Positions 30,329-40,879 of a stretch of DNA of 64,000 nt are shown piece by piece. Source of the DNA: an uncultured Planctomycetota bacterium (lineage in GTDB: Bacteria; Planctomycetota; Planctomycetia; Isosphaerales; Isosphaeraceae); the NCBI GenBank assembly GCA_963737655.1, contig CAVTTN010000002.1:6880001-6944000 (forward strand), written 5' to 3'. Position 1 is the stretch's first letter, and every line of letters starts with the position of its first letter. The translations under genes and the position numbers were made by a program. Under the pieces are notes generated by a model. The model worked only from the letters and a program-made list of their open reading frames with translations, had not been told where the DNA came from and made no database searches.

Positions 30329-32866
30329 ATGACCCGCCTTCGCCGTCGCCCGAGGACCGCCCCGATCGGCCGCCGCCCCTCCTGCGAGGGACTGGAGGCC
30401 CGGCTGGTCCTCTCGGCGGTCATCGCGACCGGCCCGGCCGGGGGCGAAGCCCTCCACCAGTCCCCCCAGGCCCTGACCGTCACCTTCGACCAGCCGCTGG
30501 ACCCCACCTCGATCGGATTCGGCGATATCCTCCTCGATCGCGTGGCCGACGACGGCTCCCTGACCCCGGTCCTCGACCCGAACAACCCGCCGACGGAAAG
30601 CCTGGACGACCCCGGGACGACCCTGACCGTCCCTCTCGACGGCGCCCTGGCCCCGGGCCATTATCGCATCCTCCTGGCCGGCTGGTCGGGGCTCGCCTCG
30701 ATCGACGGCGAGCAGCCGATCGCCTCGCCCGACGGCTCCGACTCGCCCCTGGGCGACTTCACCATCGACCCCCCGGGCGTCGGCACGGCCGACGCCACCG
30801 ACCTGGGCATCGTCGGCCCGAGCCCCCGGGACGTCCCCGCCTCTCTGGACCTCGCCGCCGATCCCTCGGCGATCGCCTTGTACCGGATCACGCTCGATTC
30901 CGGGCACTTCTGGAGGCTCGGCCTCTCCGTCGGCGCGGCCGATCCGGGGTCCAACCTCCGGACCACCCTGGCGTTGTTCGACGCCTCGGGCCGGCCGATC
31001 GCCGCCAGCTCGCTCGGCCTCCCGAACGACCCGTCCGACCCCGTCCTGTTCCACGGCCTGGCCCCGGGGACGTACTTCGTCGGCGTTTCGGGATCGGGCA
31101 ACGTCCCGGGCCAGCCCGGAGGCTACAACATCGCGACGGTCCAGGCCGGGTCGGCGCCGAGCCAGCCCGGGGGGGCATTCACGCTCCATCTCGTCGCCGA
31201 CCCTGCCGACCTTCCGGCCGAGGTCACCGGCTTGACCCTCGATCGAGACGACCCGCTCGACCCCACTCCCACGCTCATGGTCGTCTCGTTCTCGGCCGCG
31301 ATCAACCTCGGGATCACCGGCGACTCGGCCTTCCAGACCGCCACCGAGGGAGTCGAGCTCGTCGATCCGTCGGGACGGAGCTGGCCCCTGGCGGCCGTCG
31401 GCTACAACCCCGACAACGCCTCGATCTGGTACCTGTTTCGCGACCGACTGCCCGCCGGCTCGTACACGCTGGAACTGAACCCGGACCACCCGCTGACGGA
31501 CCTCGCCGGCCACGCCCCGTTCGCCGCCGGCCAGGCCCCGGGCGTCCTCGGGACGTTCACCGTGGCCGTCGACGCCCGCCCCCGCCTGGCCGATGGCTCG
31601 TTCCCGTTCACCCCGCCCCCGACCGCCTCCACGGCCCCGGCGCCGATCGCCGAGGACCTCGGCCCGCTCACGCCGGACCTCGTCCTGGCCGGCTCGTTCT
31701 CCCGGAGCGTCCACCTGGAACCGGGCCAGACGTTCTTCGTCCGGTTCGTCAACCTGTATCAGGACTTCTACAAGCTGGGCGTCGGACACGACGGCGGTCC
31801 CGTCTCGATCGACCTGGACGGCCCCGACGACCTGCCTCGCGTCATCGACGCGGGGCCCTCCGGCGCGACCAACACGAGCCTCCTGAACCTTTCGGAGGGG
31901 GAGTACGTCGCTTCGTTCACGGCGACCGGGACGACCGCCGTGGACCTCACGATTCGAATCACGATCGCCTCGTTCTCGTGGGATTCGCTGCTGGCCGTGG
32001 GGCTGGGGCAGGGGCCCGCGTTGAACCTGAGGCTGGTCAATCCGAGCCTGCCGGGCGACCCGATCGCGGTCGCCCCCGGCCCCGCGTCGTCGCCGTCCCC
32101 GGCGGCGCGAGGCGAGGCCGTCCCGCCATCGACGCCCCCGGGAGCGACCGTCCCGGGACCGACCGGCCCGCTGGCCGGTCCGGTCGCGGCGTCGATGGCG
32201 GCGATCTTGACCGGGACGACGGCCGCCGTCCCCGCCCCCTCGGTCGTCCTGATCCCCCACCAACCCGCCCCGACCGCCGAGGCCATGGGCCCGGCCGGGC
32301 TGTTCCTGGGGGTCGGCGGCGAGCTGGTCGGACGGGTTGGCGCCGGGGCCGATCACGTCGCCCCCGTCGGACCGACCAACGACGCCGGCGCCCTGGCCCT
32401 GGCCGTCGCCAGCACCGGCCAGGGACAGTCGGTCGCCTCCGGGATCATCCTCCGGCCCACCTTCGACCTCGACGGCCCGAAGCCCGCCTCGCCGTCGACC
32501 GACGGCGGGATGGTTCCGGCCGAGGCCAACCCGAACCCCGAGGTCTCGGCCGATTCCGGGGTCCTCCCGGCGACGTTCGACAACCCCGCGCACGTCGCCA
32601 GCCTGATCGCCTCGCCCGCCCCGGTCGCGAGTGCCGAGGAGGCGGCGATGAATCCGCCGCTCGCCGATCTCGGCGACGAACCCGAGAGCGAAGCCGCCCC
32701 GACGCCCTCGCCCTGGCGGATCGCCATGGCCGGGGCGCTGGCCCTCGGGGCCTGGTCGATCGCCCGTCGCCGCCGCGCCCGCCCTCGGCTTGCTCGGCCC
32801 CGCCCGCAACGCACTCCGGCCCCTCACCGGCCCCGCCGAAGCCCCGAGATGGCCGAGTCGGTCTAG
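30329..32866 (+). CDS. Large secreted/surface protein (Ig-like and PPC-like domains, C-terminal TM with Arg-rich tail)
   Basis: EGLEARLVLS; TFDQPLDPTSI; GTYFVGVSGSGN; C-terminal AMAGALALGAWSIARRRR. Confidence 0.75.
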   Translation: MTRLRRRPRTAPIGRRPSCEGLEARLVLSAVIATGPAGGEALHQSPQALTVTFDQPLDPTSIGFGDILLDRVADDGSLTPVLDPNNPPTESLDDPGTTLTVPLDGALAPGHYRILLAGWSGLASIDGEQPIASPDGSDSPLGDFTIDPPGVGTADATDLGIVGPSPRDVPASLDLAADPSAIALYRITLDSGHFWRLGLSVGAADPGSNLRTTLALFDASGRPIAASSLGLPNDPSDPVLFHGLAPGTYFVGVSGSGNVPGQPGGYNIATVQAGSAPSQPGGAFTLHLVADPADLPAEVTGLTLDRDDPLDPTPTLMVVSFSAAINLGITGDSAFQTATEGVELVDPSGRSWPLAAVGYNPDNASIWYLFRDRLPAGSYTLELNPDHPLTDLAGHAPFAAGQAPGVLGTFTVAVDARPRLADGSFPFTPPPTASTAPAPIAEDLGPLTPDLVLAGSFSRSVHLEPGQTFFVRFVNLYQDFYKLGVGHDGGPVSIDLDGPDDLPRVIDAGPSGATNTSLLNLSEGEYVASFTATGTTAVDLTIRITIASFSWDSLLAVGLGQGPALNLRLVNPSLPGDPIAVAPGPASSPSPAARGEAVPPSTPPGATVPGPTGPLAGPVAASMAAILTGTTAAVPAPSVVLIPHQPAPTAEAMGPAGLFLGVGGELVGRVGAGADHVAPVGPTNDAGALALAVASTGQGQSVASGIILRPTFDLDGPKPASPSTDGGMVPAEANPNPEVSADSGVLPATFDNPAHVASLIASPAPVASAEEAAMNPPLADLGDEPESEAAPTPSPWRIAMAGALALGAWSIARRRRARPRLARPRPQRTPAPHRPRRSPEMAESV

Positions 32867-32943
32867 GCAGGGCCTGCGTGGCCTCGCCGCGGATTCGCGA
32901 GCATGTCTTCGGGCGAGCGTCCGTCCCCGGACGTCCCGGCGAA

Positions 32944-35900
32944 TCACCCCGCCGTCCCGGATTCCCCGGGGGGATCAATGGCCGCCGCGCGCGGTCCCCG
33001 ATCGCCGAGGACCAGGAGCGTCCTGCCGCCGACCGGGCCGAGCTGGGCCTCCGCGATGGAGGACGCGAGGGCCAGGTTTCGCCTCGCCCGGGGGACGTCG
33101 GCCTCCGAGACGGCCACCCCGATCAGGTGGTACCGGCCGTCTCGGTCGCGGAACCCGACGTCGATCCGCCCTCGGACGACCGTCCCGTCGGCTCGGGCGA
33201 TCGTCCAGGGCCATTCGCCGATCCGGTGGCGAGTCCGTCGGAGCGTTTTGGCCAGAGGGAGGCCGAGGAAGGCGTCGAGCCGGCGATGCGCCTCGATCTC
33301 GGCCCGACGAGGGACCAGCTCGTCACCCGACAGGGCCGCCCGTTCGATCGCCAGCGGCAGGTTCTCGGGCGAGAGGCCGTCCGGGTCGTTCAGGACCGCC
33401 CGGATCAGCCGTTCCACGGGTCGAAGCTCGGTCGGCAGCGTCCGGCTCGGGTCGAGGTCGAAGAAGCGGGGCCGCGGCGGCTTCGATTCGGCCGGTTCGT
33501 CCGAGGGCGAGGGGGCGGCGAGGATCCGGGCGATCGTGTTCAGCAATTTCGGGCGAAAGTTCGCCGGACGGGGGCGGCGGCTTTCGTCCGGATCGTCCGC
33601 GGCGACGATCCCGATCCTCGGATCGGCCCATCCGGAGGGCAAATCGGCCGAACAAAGGCCGGTCTGCCGATCGAACCGGGAGGCCAGCAGCCTCATCGCG
33701 GGCGAGCGGGGCGAATCGCCGGGCGCCGATCCGGCCGAGAGGATCAGGACGTCCCTCGCCCGGGTGGCCGCGACGTAGAACACGCGGAGGGCCTCGTCTT
33801 CCTCGGCGTTCGCCTCGATCGCCTTGAAGAGCTCCCAGCCCAGGCTCCATCGCTCCTCGCCGGTCTCGTCGTCCTCGGGAGGGCGGACGAGGGGCCCGAG
33901 CTCGGGATGGAGCCCGGCCGAGCCGTCGATCCCGGCCGTCCTCGGGCGGTCGCGATCGAGGTCGGGCAGGGCGACGATCGGGAATTCCAGGCCCTTGGCC
34001 GCGTGGATCGTCATCAGCTTCACCGCCGGGGCGGTCTCGTCGGCGGTGGCGGCCTGTTCCTCGCGAGGGGGGTCGTCCAGGTCGGCCCGGAGCCTCGCCA
34101 CGAAGTCCGCGAGGCTGACCGTCCCCAGCGAGTCGAAGGCGCGCGCCATCCTGACCAGCTTCCGGACGTTCGCCCGCTTCCGGTCGCCGAGGAACTCGCC
34201 CAGGAGGGCCGGCTCGAACCCGGATTCGTCGAGGATCGTCTCCAGGAGGTCGGCGATCGGCACGAGGTCCTTCCTCTCCCGCCATCGGCCGAGCGATTCT
34301 CGGGCGGTCCGCAGGCGGCGGAGGTCCTCGGGCGAGAGGGCCTCGGCCGCTTCCAGCCGATCGAGGCCCGACACGAAATCGCCGGACGACGCCTCGGCCA
34401 GCCAGAACAATCCCGAGTCGCTCACCCCGAAGAACGGCCCGCGAAGCGTCCCGGCCAGGGCGATCGAATCGCACGGGTCCTCGATGCTGGACAGGACGTT
34501 GATCAGGTCGATGACCTCCTGCTGGGCGAAGTAGGACGACCCGCCCAGGACCAGGTAATCGAGCCCTTCGGTCGCCAGGGCCCGCTCATATTCGGGCACG
34601 TCGGCCATCGACCGGAACAGCAGCGCCACGTCGCCGGCCGAGGCCCGGCGGATCGCCCCGGTCGAGCGATCGCGGACGAGCCAGCCGTCGCGGAGCTTGC
34701 CGGCGATCAGGCGGGCGAGGCCGCGGGCCTCTTCCTGGCGCTTCGTCGCGGCGTCGGCCTTCTCGCCGTCGCGACCGGCCCAGAGGAACAGGACGGCGTC
34801 CTGACCGGCGATGTCCTCGGTCCCGCCGCCGGGCTTCAGCGCGTTCGCGACGCCGGGGAACTCGTCGGCGAACAGGGCGTTGACGAAATTCAGGAGGCCC
34901 GGGACGCTGCGGAAGTTCTCGGTGAGGTCCAGCCGGCCGGGGTCGGGGAACTCGGCGCGGAACTCGTCGAAAATCGCCGGGTGCGCCCCCCGGAACCGAT
35001 AGATCGACTGCTTCGAATCGCCCACGAGGAACAATCGGCCGTCGCGGAGGGCGGAGCCCGCCAGGAGCCGGAGGATCTCGGCCTGGACCGCGTCGGTATC
35101 CTGGAATTCGTCCACGAGGAGCAGGCTGATCGAGTTCGCGACCGTTTCGCGGACGTGGGAGGGGCCGTCGCGGAGGAGGTCGCGGACCTTCAGGAGCTGG
35201 TCGTCGAAATCGATCCGGGCCAGCTCGGCCTTGGAGGCGGCGAACGTCTCGACGGCCTCGGTCACGATCCGGGCCAGCTTCAAACCCTCCTCGGCGGCGA
35301 ACCGGGACCGGCCCTCGTCGGGCTCGAGGAGCTCTTTCAGGGGCTTCAAACGCTTGTCGCGGAGCTCGGTCAGGCCGTCCTTGATCGCCAGGTACGCCTC
35401 CTCGGAGGGCCAATCCTTCTTCGACGTCCCGGCGACTCTCGCGTTTTCGAGCAAGACGTCGATCGCTTCGCCCGGTCGTCCGGCGTGCTCCAGCTCGGGG
35501 AGCAAATCCAGGAGGATCTGGACCCGTTCGTTCATCGCGGGCCTGGAGCAGGGGTTCTCGCGAAGGAGCCGGAGCAGGCGCCGGACGACCGCGAGACCCG
35601 TTTGAGCAGCGGGGCGAGCCCGCCTCCGGATCGGAACCGTTCCCAGCGATCGAGCAGGGATTCCGAGGTCTCCTCCAACCACGGGCCGAGCTCTCGGGCC
35701 GAGCGGTCGGCCAACAGGGCGGCGAGCCAGGATCGGACGGCGGTCAGGCCGTGTTCGATCGCCAGGGAGAGGAAATCGGGATGGGCCGTGGCCAGCCATC
35801 GGCGGGCGCAGGAGGCCAGCGCCTCCTCGCGGAGGGTCGGCGCGAGGGTCTCGTCGAGGACCGCCGCGCCGGGGTCGATCCCGGCCTCGACGGGGAATCG

Positions 35901-36236
35901 CTTGAGGACCTCCCCGCAAAACGAATGGAACGTGCCGATCCGGGCCGCTTCCAGGTCGCGGAGGACGCCTCGCCAGTGGCGAGGATCGGCCCCCGAGGCG
36001 AGGCGGTCTCGGCACGCCTGGCGGATGCGGTCGCGAAGCTCCCGGGCGGCCTTGTCGGTGAATGTGAGCGCGACGATCCGATCCAGGGGCATCGGCTCGG
36101 GGCCGTCGATCAAGGAGAGGAACCGCGCGGTGAGGACCGTGGTCTTGCCGCAGCCGGCGCCCGAGGCCAACGCCACGCTCGCCTTCTCGACGACCATCGG
36201 CGCCCGTTGCTCGGCGGTCAGCGGGCGATCGCTCAT
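32944..36236 (-). CDS. addA: AddA-like UvrD/SF1 helicase-nuclease subunit; 1-bp frameshift ~35595
   Basis: LTAEQ, ASGAGCGKTT, LTFTDKAA, GTFHSFC, LVDEFQDTD, VGDSKQSIYRFRGA, ENFRS, MTIHAAKGLEF, YVAATRA, VRGRID. Confidence 0.88.
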
Positions 36237-39200
36237 CGAGGCAGCTCCAGCCGGGGGAATTGCGGCCAGGTCTTGCGGGTCTTCCGCAGCGAGTCGATCC
36301 GGCAGACGGTCCTGAAGTCGCAATGGCGGGCGCAGTCCGCCGCCCGGGGGTGGACCGGGAACGACCCGTTCTTCAACGCATCGACCATGTCCAGGACGAA
36401 CGCCTCCAACGCCTCGCGATAGTGCCCCCAGCCTTCCTCGGCGGCCACGCCCCTGGGGGCCTCGCCGGCCATCGCGTGCATTTTCTTGAATCCGTCGTCC
36501 CTCAAGGCCCAGTAGGCGGCATCCAGCGGGTGCGAGTCGCGATCGGCCAGGATCACCCGCTCGGCCGCCAGGGCATACAGGGCGAGTTGGAGGGCCTCGC
36601 CGGTCTCGACCTTCGCCTTGGTCGGGCAATGGCCGGTCTTGTAGTCGATCACGCGGAAGAGGGTGCGGCCCTCGCGGTCGATCAGGTCGATCCGGTCGAT
36701 GAAGCCCTGGAGCTCGATGGCCCGAGGGGGTTCGCCGATCGTCAAGGGAGGGAACGCGGCGTCCTCCCGGCCGAACGAGACCTCGAACATCTGCGCCTCG
36801 GCGTCCCGGCCCTCCTTCCGGGAATAGTCGCGGAACTGGCGGGAATAGCGGTGGCCGACCCTCTTCAAGACCTCTTCCTCGATGGCGCGGAGGCCCAGGG
36901 CCGAACCGCTTGAGGCATTCGGGAGCTGTTCCACCAGGCGGGCGAACTCGACCTCGACGGCCCTGGCCACGCGGTCGGCGATCGGCTCGGATTCGCCCGG
37001 CTCGGGGGGCAGGTCGCGGAGCCTCGCATGGAGCGATTCCAGGGCGTGGTGGACGAGGCTGCCGCGCTCGGTGCGGTCCTCGTCCAGCTCGTCGCGGTCG
37101 TCGGGCGGCTCGAGCTTCAGGACGAATTTCTGGAAGAACTGGAACGGGCAGAGCGCGAACGACTCGAGCTGGCTGGCGCTGAAGGCGATCCGCCCCGGGG
37201 CGAACCGCTCGGCCAGCTTGCGGGCCGCCCGGGGGTCGCCGAGCATGCCGTCGAACGGCCCGAACCGGCCCTTGCGATGCCGCCATCGGGCGAGCCGCAG
37301 CGCCTCGGCCGCCGCGTCCAGGGCCGAACGATGGCGAGATTGCCGGGACAGGCGATCGAGCATCGCGAAATCGCCGTGATGGCACGCCAGGGCCACGGCC
37401 CGGACTCGGGCCTCGGCCGGGGACCTCGCCAACGATTCCGGGAGGACCGGCTCGATCCGGCCGAGGGAGGACCAGGCCGACGCCCACGCCGGGTCGGTCA
37501 GGCATCGGCGGACCTCATCCAGATACCCCGACGGCAGCAGGGCCTGACCCTTCTCGTCGGCCGACGGATAGACCAGCGTCAAGCTCTCGGTCGCCGAGCC
37601 GACCAGGCGGCAAAAGGCGGCGGCTTCCCTCCGCGAATGCTCGGCGAGGGCGTCGGGATCGGCCCCTCCGGGGGATCGAGACGGGAACGTCCCCTCGATC
37701 AAGTTCGCCGCGACGACATGAGGAAAATCGGCCCCTTCGGCCTCGTCGGGCGTCACGATCCGCAACGCCCCCCGGGTCTCCCGGGAGGCCGGGGCGACGA
37801 GGTCCGCCGAGATCGAGGCGATCTCGCGGACGAACTCGCCCCACGACCAGATTTCGTCGCCCCGACCGATCCGATCGAGCGCGTCTCCGTGGTCGTCGAG
37901 CGCGGGAAAGAACGCGTCTTGAAGTTCGAAGCCCTCGATCCCCAGCGATTCGGCGACCCCGGCCAGCCGATCGACCTGCGCCGACCACTTCCCGGGCCGA
38001 TCGGCGGCGGGGATCGTCGCCGAGAGCCATTCGAGAAGGTCGCGGGCCTCGGCGGCCTGCCTCGCCTTCTCCTCGTCGCGAGCCTTCGCCCCGGCACCCG
38101 GCCGACCCAGGACGCTCGAGGCGCGGCCCAGGGCCGAGACGATCGACGGCAAGCCGTGATAGGCGCGGGCCTGGCCGATCGCCCGGGCGGCGGAGGCCAT
38201 CGACCACGCCGAGACGCCCGGCCGTCGCGGCCGGACCCGAGAATTCCTCAACAAACGGACGAGCCGGGTCGCTTCCCACCCTTCCATCGGCAGCTTCGCC
38301 GCCAGCAGGAGAGCCATGACCCCGGGGTCGGCCCCGATCGGCCGTTCCACCGGGTCGATCGCCGGGATTCCCCAGGAATTCAGGGTCCGGGCGATCGTCG
38401 CGGCCTCCTCGTCCTTCCGGGGGACCACCAGGAGGACATCCTCGAACGATCGGCCCGAATCGAGGAGGTCGCCGACCCTCCTGGCGACCATCAACGCCTG
38501 GCCGTCGCCCCGGGGCGCGCCGTTGACGAGGAGGCCGTCGGCCGAATCGATCCGGGCGGCCGAATCGTCGCGGAACAGGAGCCGCGAGAGCCTCGCCGGG
38601 CCGGTTCTTCCCGGGTCTTCGTCGCCGATCGCCTCCTCCTCGAACCCGATCCCCAGCAGCCGCTCGCGGAGCCGTCCGGCGATCGCGTGGACCTCGATCG
38701 AGGCCGGGTCGGGGTCGAACGCGAGCGTGACGACGAGCGATCGCGCCCGATCGTGGAGCGCCTCCAGCCCGAGCCAGACCGGGCGTTCGGATCGAGGATC
38801 GAACACGGTCACGTCGCCGGCCATCTCGGGTCCGGGCAGGCCGTCGCGACGGATCGCGGCCGAGGCCCAGCGGGCGAAGCCGTCGGCGTCCTGGAGGCCG
38901 AGAAGGCCCAAAAGGTGGCGATATCTGGAGAAGATCGCCCATTCCGCCGAGCCGACGGCGTCGAGGGTCTCGGGCGGCTCGGCCGGGTCGAATCCCAGGC
39001 GGGTCCACCGCGAAATCCGGTCGCGGATCGTCCTCCGGAACCCCGGGGCCGTGGCCATCTCGCCCAGGGGCTTCAATCGCCCCTCGCGACCCGCCCCGGC
39101 GATGGCTTCCTGGAGGATCGCCCGGAGCCCGGCCGCCGACGGCTTCCTCGGGCCCTCGCCGCGTCGTCGTCGGAATTCGGCCCAGAGGTCATCCCACGTC

Positions 39201-39379
39201 CAGACCGTCGCCCGGCTCGGCCCGCCGGCCCTCCGGGCGAGGACCGCCGCCAGGCGATCGCGGGCCGGAGGTCCGGGGACCAGCCACAGTCCCGGGCCGT
39301 CGGTCGGGCCTCGCTCGATCGCCCGGAGACGGAGCCAGGGTCCGAGAGGGCCGGTCAGGAGCCGCCGAATCCGTCCCAT
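36233..39379 (-). CDS. addB: AddB-like PD-(D/E)xK nuclease subunit with Fe-S cysteines
   Basis: SASQLESFALCPFQFF, GFIDRID, VIDYKTG, LQLALYA, CARHCDFRTVCR; stop overlaps addA start. Confidence 0.88.
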   Translation of the reverse strand: MGRIRRLLTGPLGPWLRLRAIERGPTDGPGLWLVPGPPARDRLAAVLARRAGGPSRATVWTWDDLWAEFRRRRGEGPRKPSAAGLRAILQEAIAGAGREGRLKPLGEMATAPGFRRTIRDRISRWTRLGFDPAEPPETLDAVGSAEWAIFSRYRHLLGLLGLQDADGFARWASAAIRRDGLPGPEMAGDVTVFDPRSERPVWLGLEALHDRARSLVVTLAFDPDPASIEVHAIAGRLRERLLGIGFEEEAIGDEDPGRTGPARLSRLLFRDDSAARIDSADGLLVNGAPRGDGQALMVARRVGDLLDSGRSFEDVLLVVPRKDEEAATIARTLNSWGIPAIDPVERPIGADPGVMALLLAAKLPMEGWEATRLVRLLRNSRVRPRRPGVSAWSMASAARAIGQARAYHGLPSIVSALGRASSVLGRPGAGAKARDEEKARQAAEARDLLEWLSATIPAADRPGKWSAQVDRLAGVAESLGIEGFELQDAFFPALDDHGDALDRIGRGDEIWSWGEFVREIASISADLVAPASRETRGALRIVTPDEAEGADFPHVVAANLIEGTFPSRSPGGADPDALAEHSRREAAAFCRLVGSATESLTLVYPSADEKGQALLPSGYLDEVRRCLTDPAWASAWSSLGRIEPVLPESLARSPAEARVRAVALACHHGDFAMLDRLSRQSRHRSALDAAAEALRLARWRHRKGRFGPFDGMLGDPRAARKLAERFAPGRIAFSASQLESFALCPFQFFQKFVLKLEPPDDRDELDEDRTERGSLVHHALESLHARLRDLPPEPGESEPIADRVARAVEVEFARLVEQLPNASSGSALGLRAIEEEVLKRVGHRYSRQFRDYSRKEGRDAEAQMFEVSFGREDAAFPPLTIGEPPRAIELQGFIDRIDLIDREGRTLFRVIDYKTGHCPTKAKVETGEALQLALYALAAERVILADRDSHPLDAAYWALRDDGFKKMHAMAGEAPRGVAAEEGWGHYREALEAFVLDMVDALKNGSFPVHPRAADCARHCDFRTVCRIDSLRKTRKTWPQFPRLELPR

Positions 39380-40232
39380 TTCCGGCCCCCCCTCCGCCGA
39401 AGACCGCCAGCCCCAGCAGCACCACGCCCAGCGCGACGAGGTATACAGAAAAATACCACAATCGCCCCGCCCGGACAATCCGGACCAGCCAGACGATGGC
39501 GAGATAGCCCACCAGGCCGGAGACCACGGTGGCGGCGAGGGTCGGGGCGATCGGGACGGCCGAGAGCGTCGAGCGGTCGAGGTCCTTGAACTCCTTCGCG
39601 GCCGCGCCGAGGATCGCCGGCACGGCCAGCATCAGGCTGAAGTTCACGGCCCACGTCCTCTTGAGCCCGAGGGCCAGCGCCGTGGCGATCGTCAGGCCGC
39701 TGCGGCTCACGCCGGGCAGGGGGGCGAACGCCTGGGCCACGCCGATCAACAGGGCATCGAGCCAGGTCGTCTCCGAAGGCCCCTTCTCGCCGCCTTTCAA
39801 CCACCCCGAGATCGCCAGGACGGCCGCCGTGACCAGGAACCCGAGGCCGGTCGCGTAGGGGCTCTCGATGGCCTTCTCGATGACCTTCTTCAGGCCGAAG
39901 AGGTAAGGGATCAGCGGGAGGGTCGCCACCGCCGCGAGACAACCGACGCGGAAGACGGCCGACCTGCGGAAATCCTCGGCCACGTCGGTCGAGTTGAGCA
40001 GGAACCCGCGGGCGCCGGCGATCGCCTGTTTCCGATAGTGGACGACGATCGCGGCGAGCGTACCGAGGTGGAGGACGACGTCGAGGAAGAGGTTCTCCTT
40101 GCCGGTCCGGGCGCGGCCGGTCCCCCAGGCGAACAGCTTCTGGACGACGGTCAGATGGCCGTCGCTCGATACCGGGAGGAATTCGGTCAGCCCCTGGACG
40201 AGGCCGAGGATCAACGATTCGACCCAATCCAT
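39189..40232 (-). CDS. uppP: Undecaprenyl-diphosphate phosphatase (3' end uncertain; overlaps addB)
   Basis: LGLVQGLTEFLPVSSDGHL, LHLGTL, LPGVSRSGLTI, FSLMLAVP. Confidence 0.92.
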   Translation of the reverse strand: MDWVESLILGLVQGLTEFLPVSSDGHLTVVQKLFAWGTGRARTGKENLFLDVVLHLGTLAAIVVHYRKQAIAGARGFLLNSTDVAEDFRRSAVFRVGCLAAVATLPLIPYLFGLKKVIEKAIESPYATGLGFLVTAAVLAISGWLKGGEKGPSETTWLDALLIGVAQAFAPLPGVSRSGLTIATALALGLKRTWAVNFSLMLAVPAILGAAAKEFKDLDRSTLSAVPIAPTLAATVVSGLVGYLAIVWLVRIVRAGRLWYFSVYLVALGVVLLGLAVFGGGGAGNGTDSAAPDRPSRTLAPSPGDRARPDRRPGTVAGPRTSGPRSPGGGPRPEGRRAEPGDGLDVG

Positions 40233-40269
40233 GAAGGCATCCCCGAAGGCTACGGTCGTCGTCCCGCGG

Positions 40270-40871
40270 TCAGCCCGGCCTCTCGGCCTTGAGCAGGGGC
40301 CAGGCGACCACGAGATACCACACGCCACTATAGATCGTCAGGCCCACGGCGCCCCAGAGGAAGCCGTCTCGGAGGAGCGTCCATGGCCTGGCCGGGTCGG
40401 TCATCAGCGACACGAGCAGGATCGCCACCACGGCCAGGCACTGGAAGAGCGTCTTGAGCTTGCCCGTGAGCCGGGCGCCGAACGCCTCGCCTCGGCCCTC
40501 GATCAGGCTGCGGACGGCCTGGACGATCAGCTCCCGGACGACGATCGCCGTGACCATCCACGGCGCCAGGCCGGTCCCCTCGCGAGGCAGGAGGTGGATC
40601 AAGGCCCCGCAGACGATCACCTTATCGACCAGGGGGTCGAGCTGCCGGCCGATCGCCGTGACCTGATTGAGCCGTCGGGCGAGGTAGCCGTCGAGGGCAT
40701 CGGTCAACGAGGCGACGGCGAACGTGACCACGGCCGCGAGGTCGTGCCCCCGGGCGATGAAGGCGCAGGCCACCAGTCCCAGAGCCAGGCGGCCTACGGT
40801 CAGGCTGTTCGGGACGTTCCAGAACCGCGGGGCGCGGGGCGGAGCGTCGGGGAAGGAGCCGGCATGAGCAT
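40270..40871 (-). CDS. pgsA: CDP-diacylglycerol-glycerol-3-phosphate 3-phosphatidyltransferase; probable 1-bp frameshift ~40825
   Basis: WNVPNSLTVGR, TDALDGYLARR..QVT..G..LDPLVDK, GKLKT; the nearest ATGs (40865/40871) lie in the adjacent frame. Confidence 0.88.
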
Positions 40872-40879
40872 CGGCTCGA

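Noticed and set aside
29257..36315. Very long ORFs such as 29257-36315(+), 48201-54935(-), 28799-32947(-) and 5383-7626(+)
   Set aside because: Arg/Gly/Pro-rich shadow frames overlapping well-supported genes; expected in ~70% GC DNA
39189..39379. Functional 190-bp overlap of uppP with addB
   Set aside because: The uppP extension is low-complexity and follows a G homopolymer; probably read-through or an indel rather than dual coding
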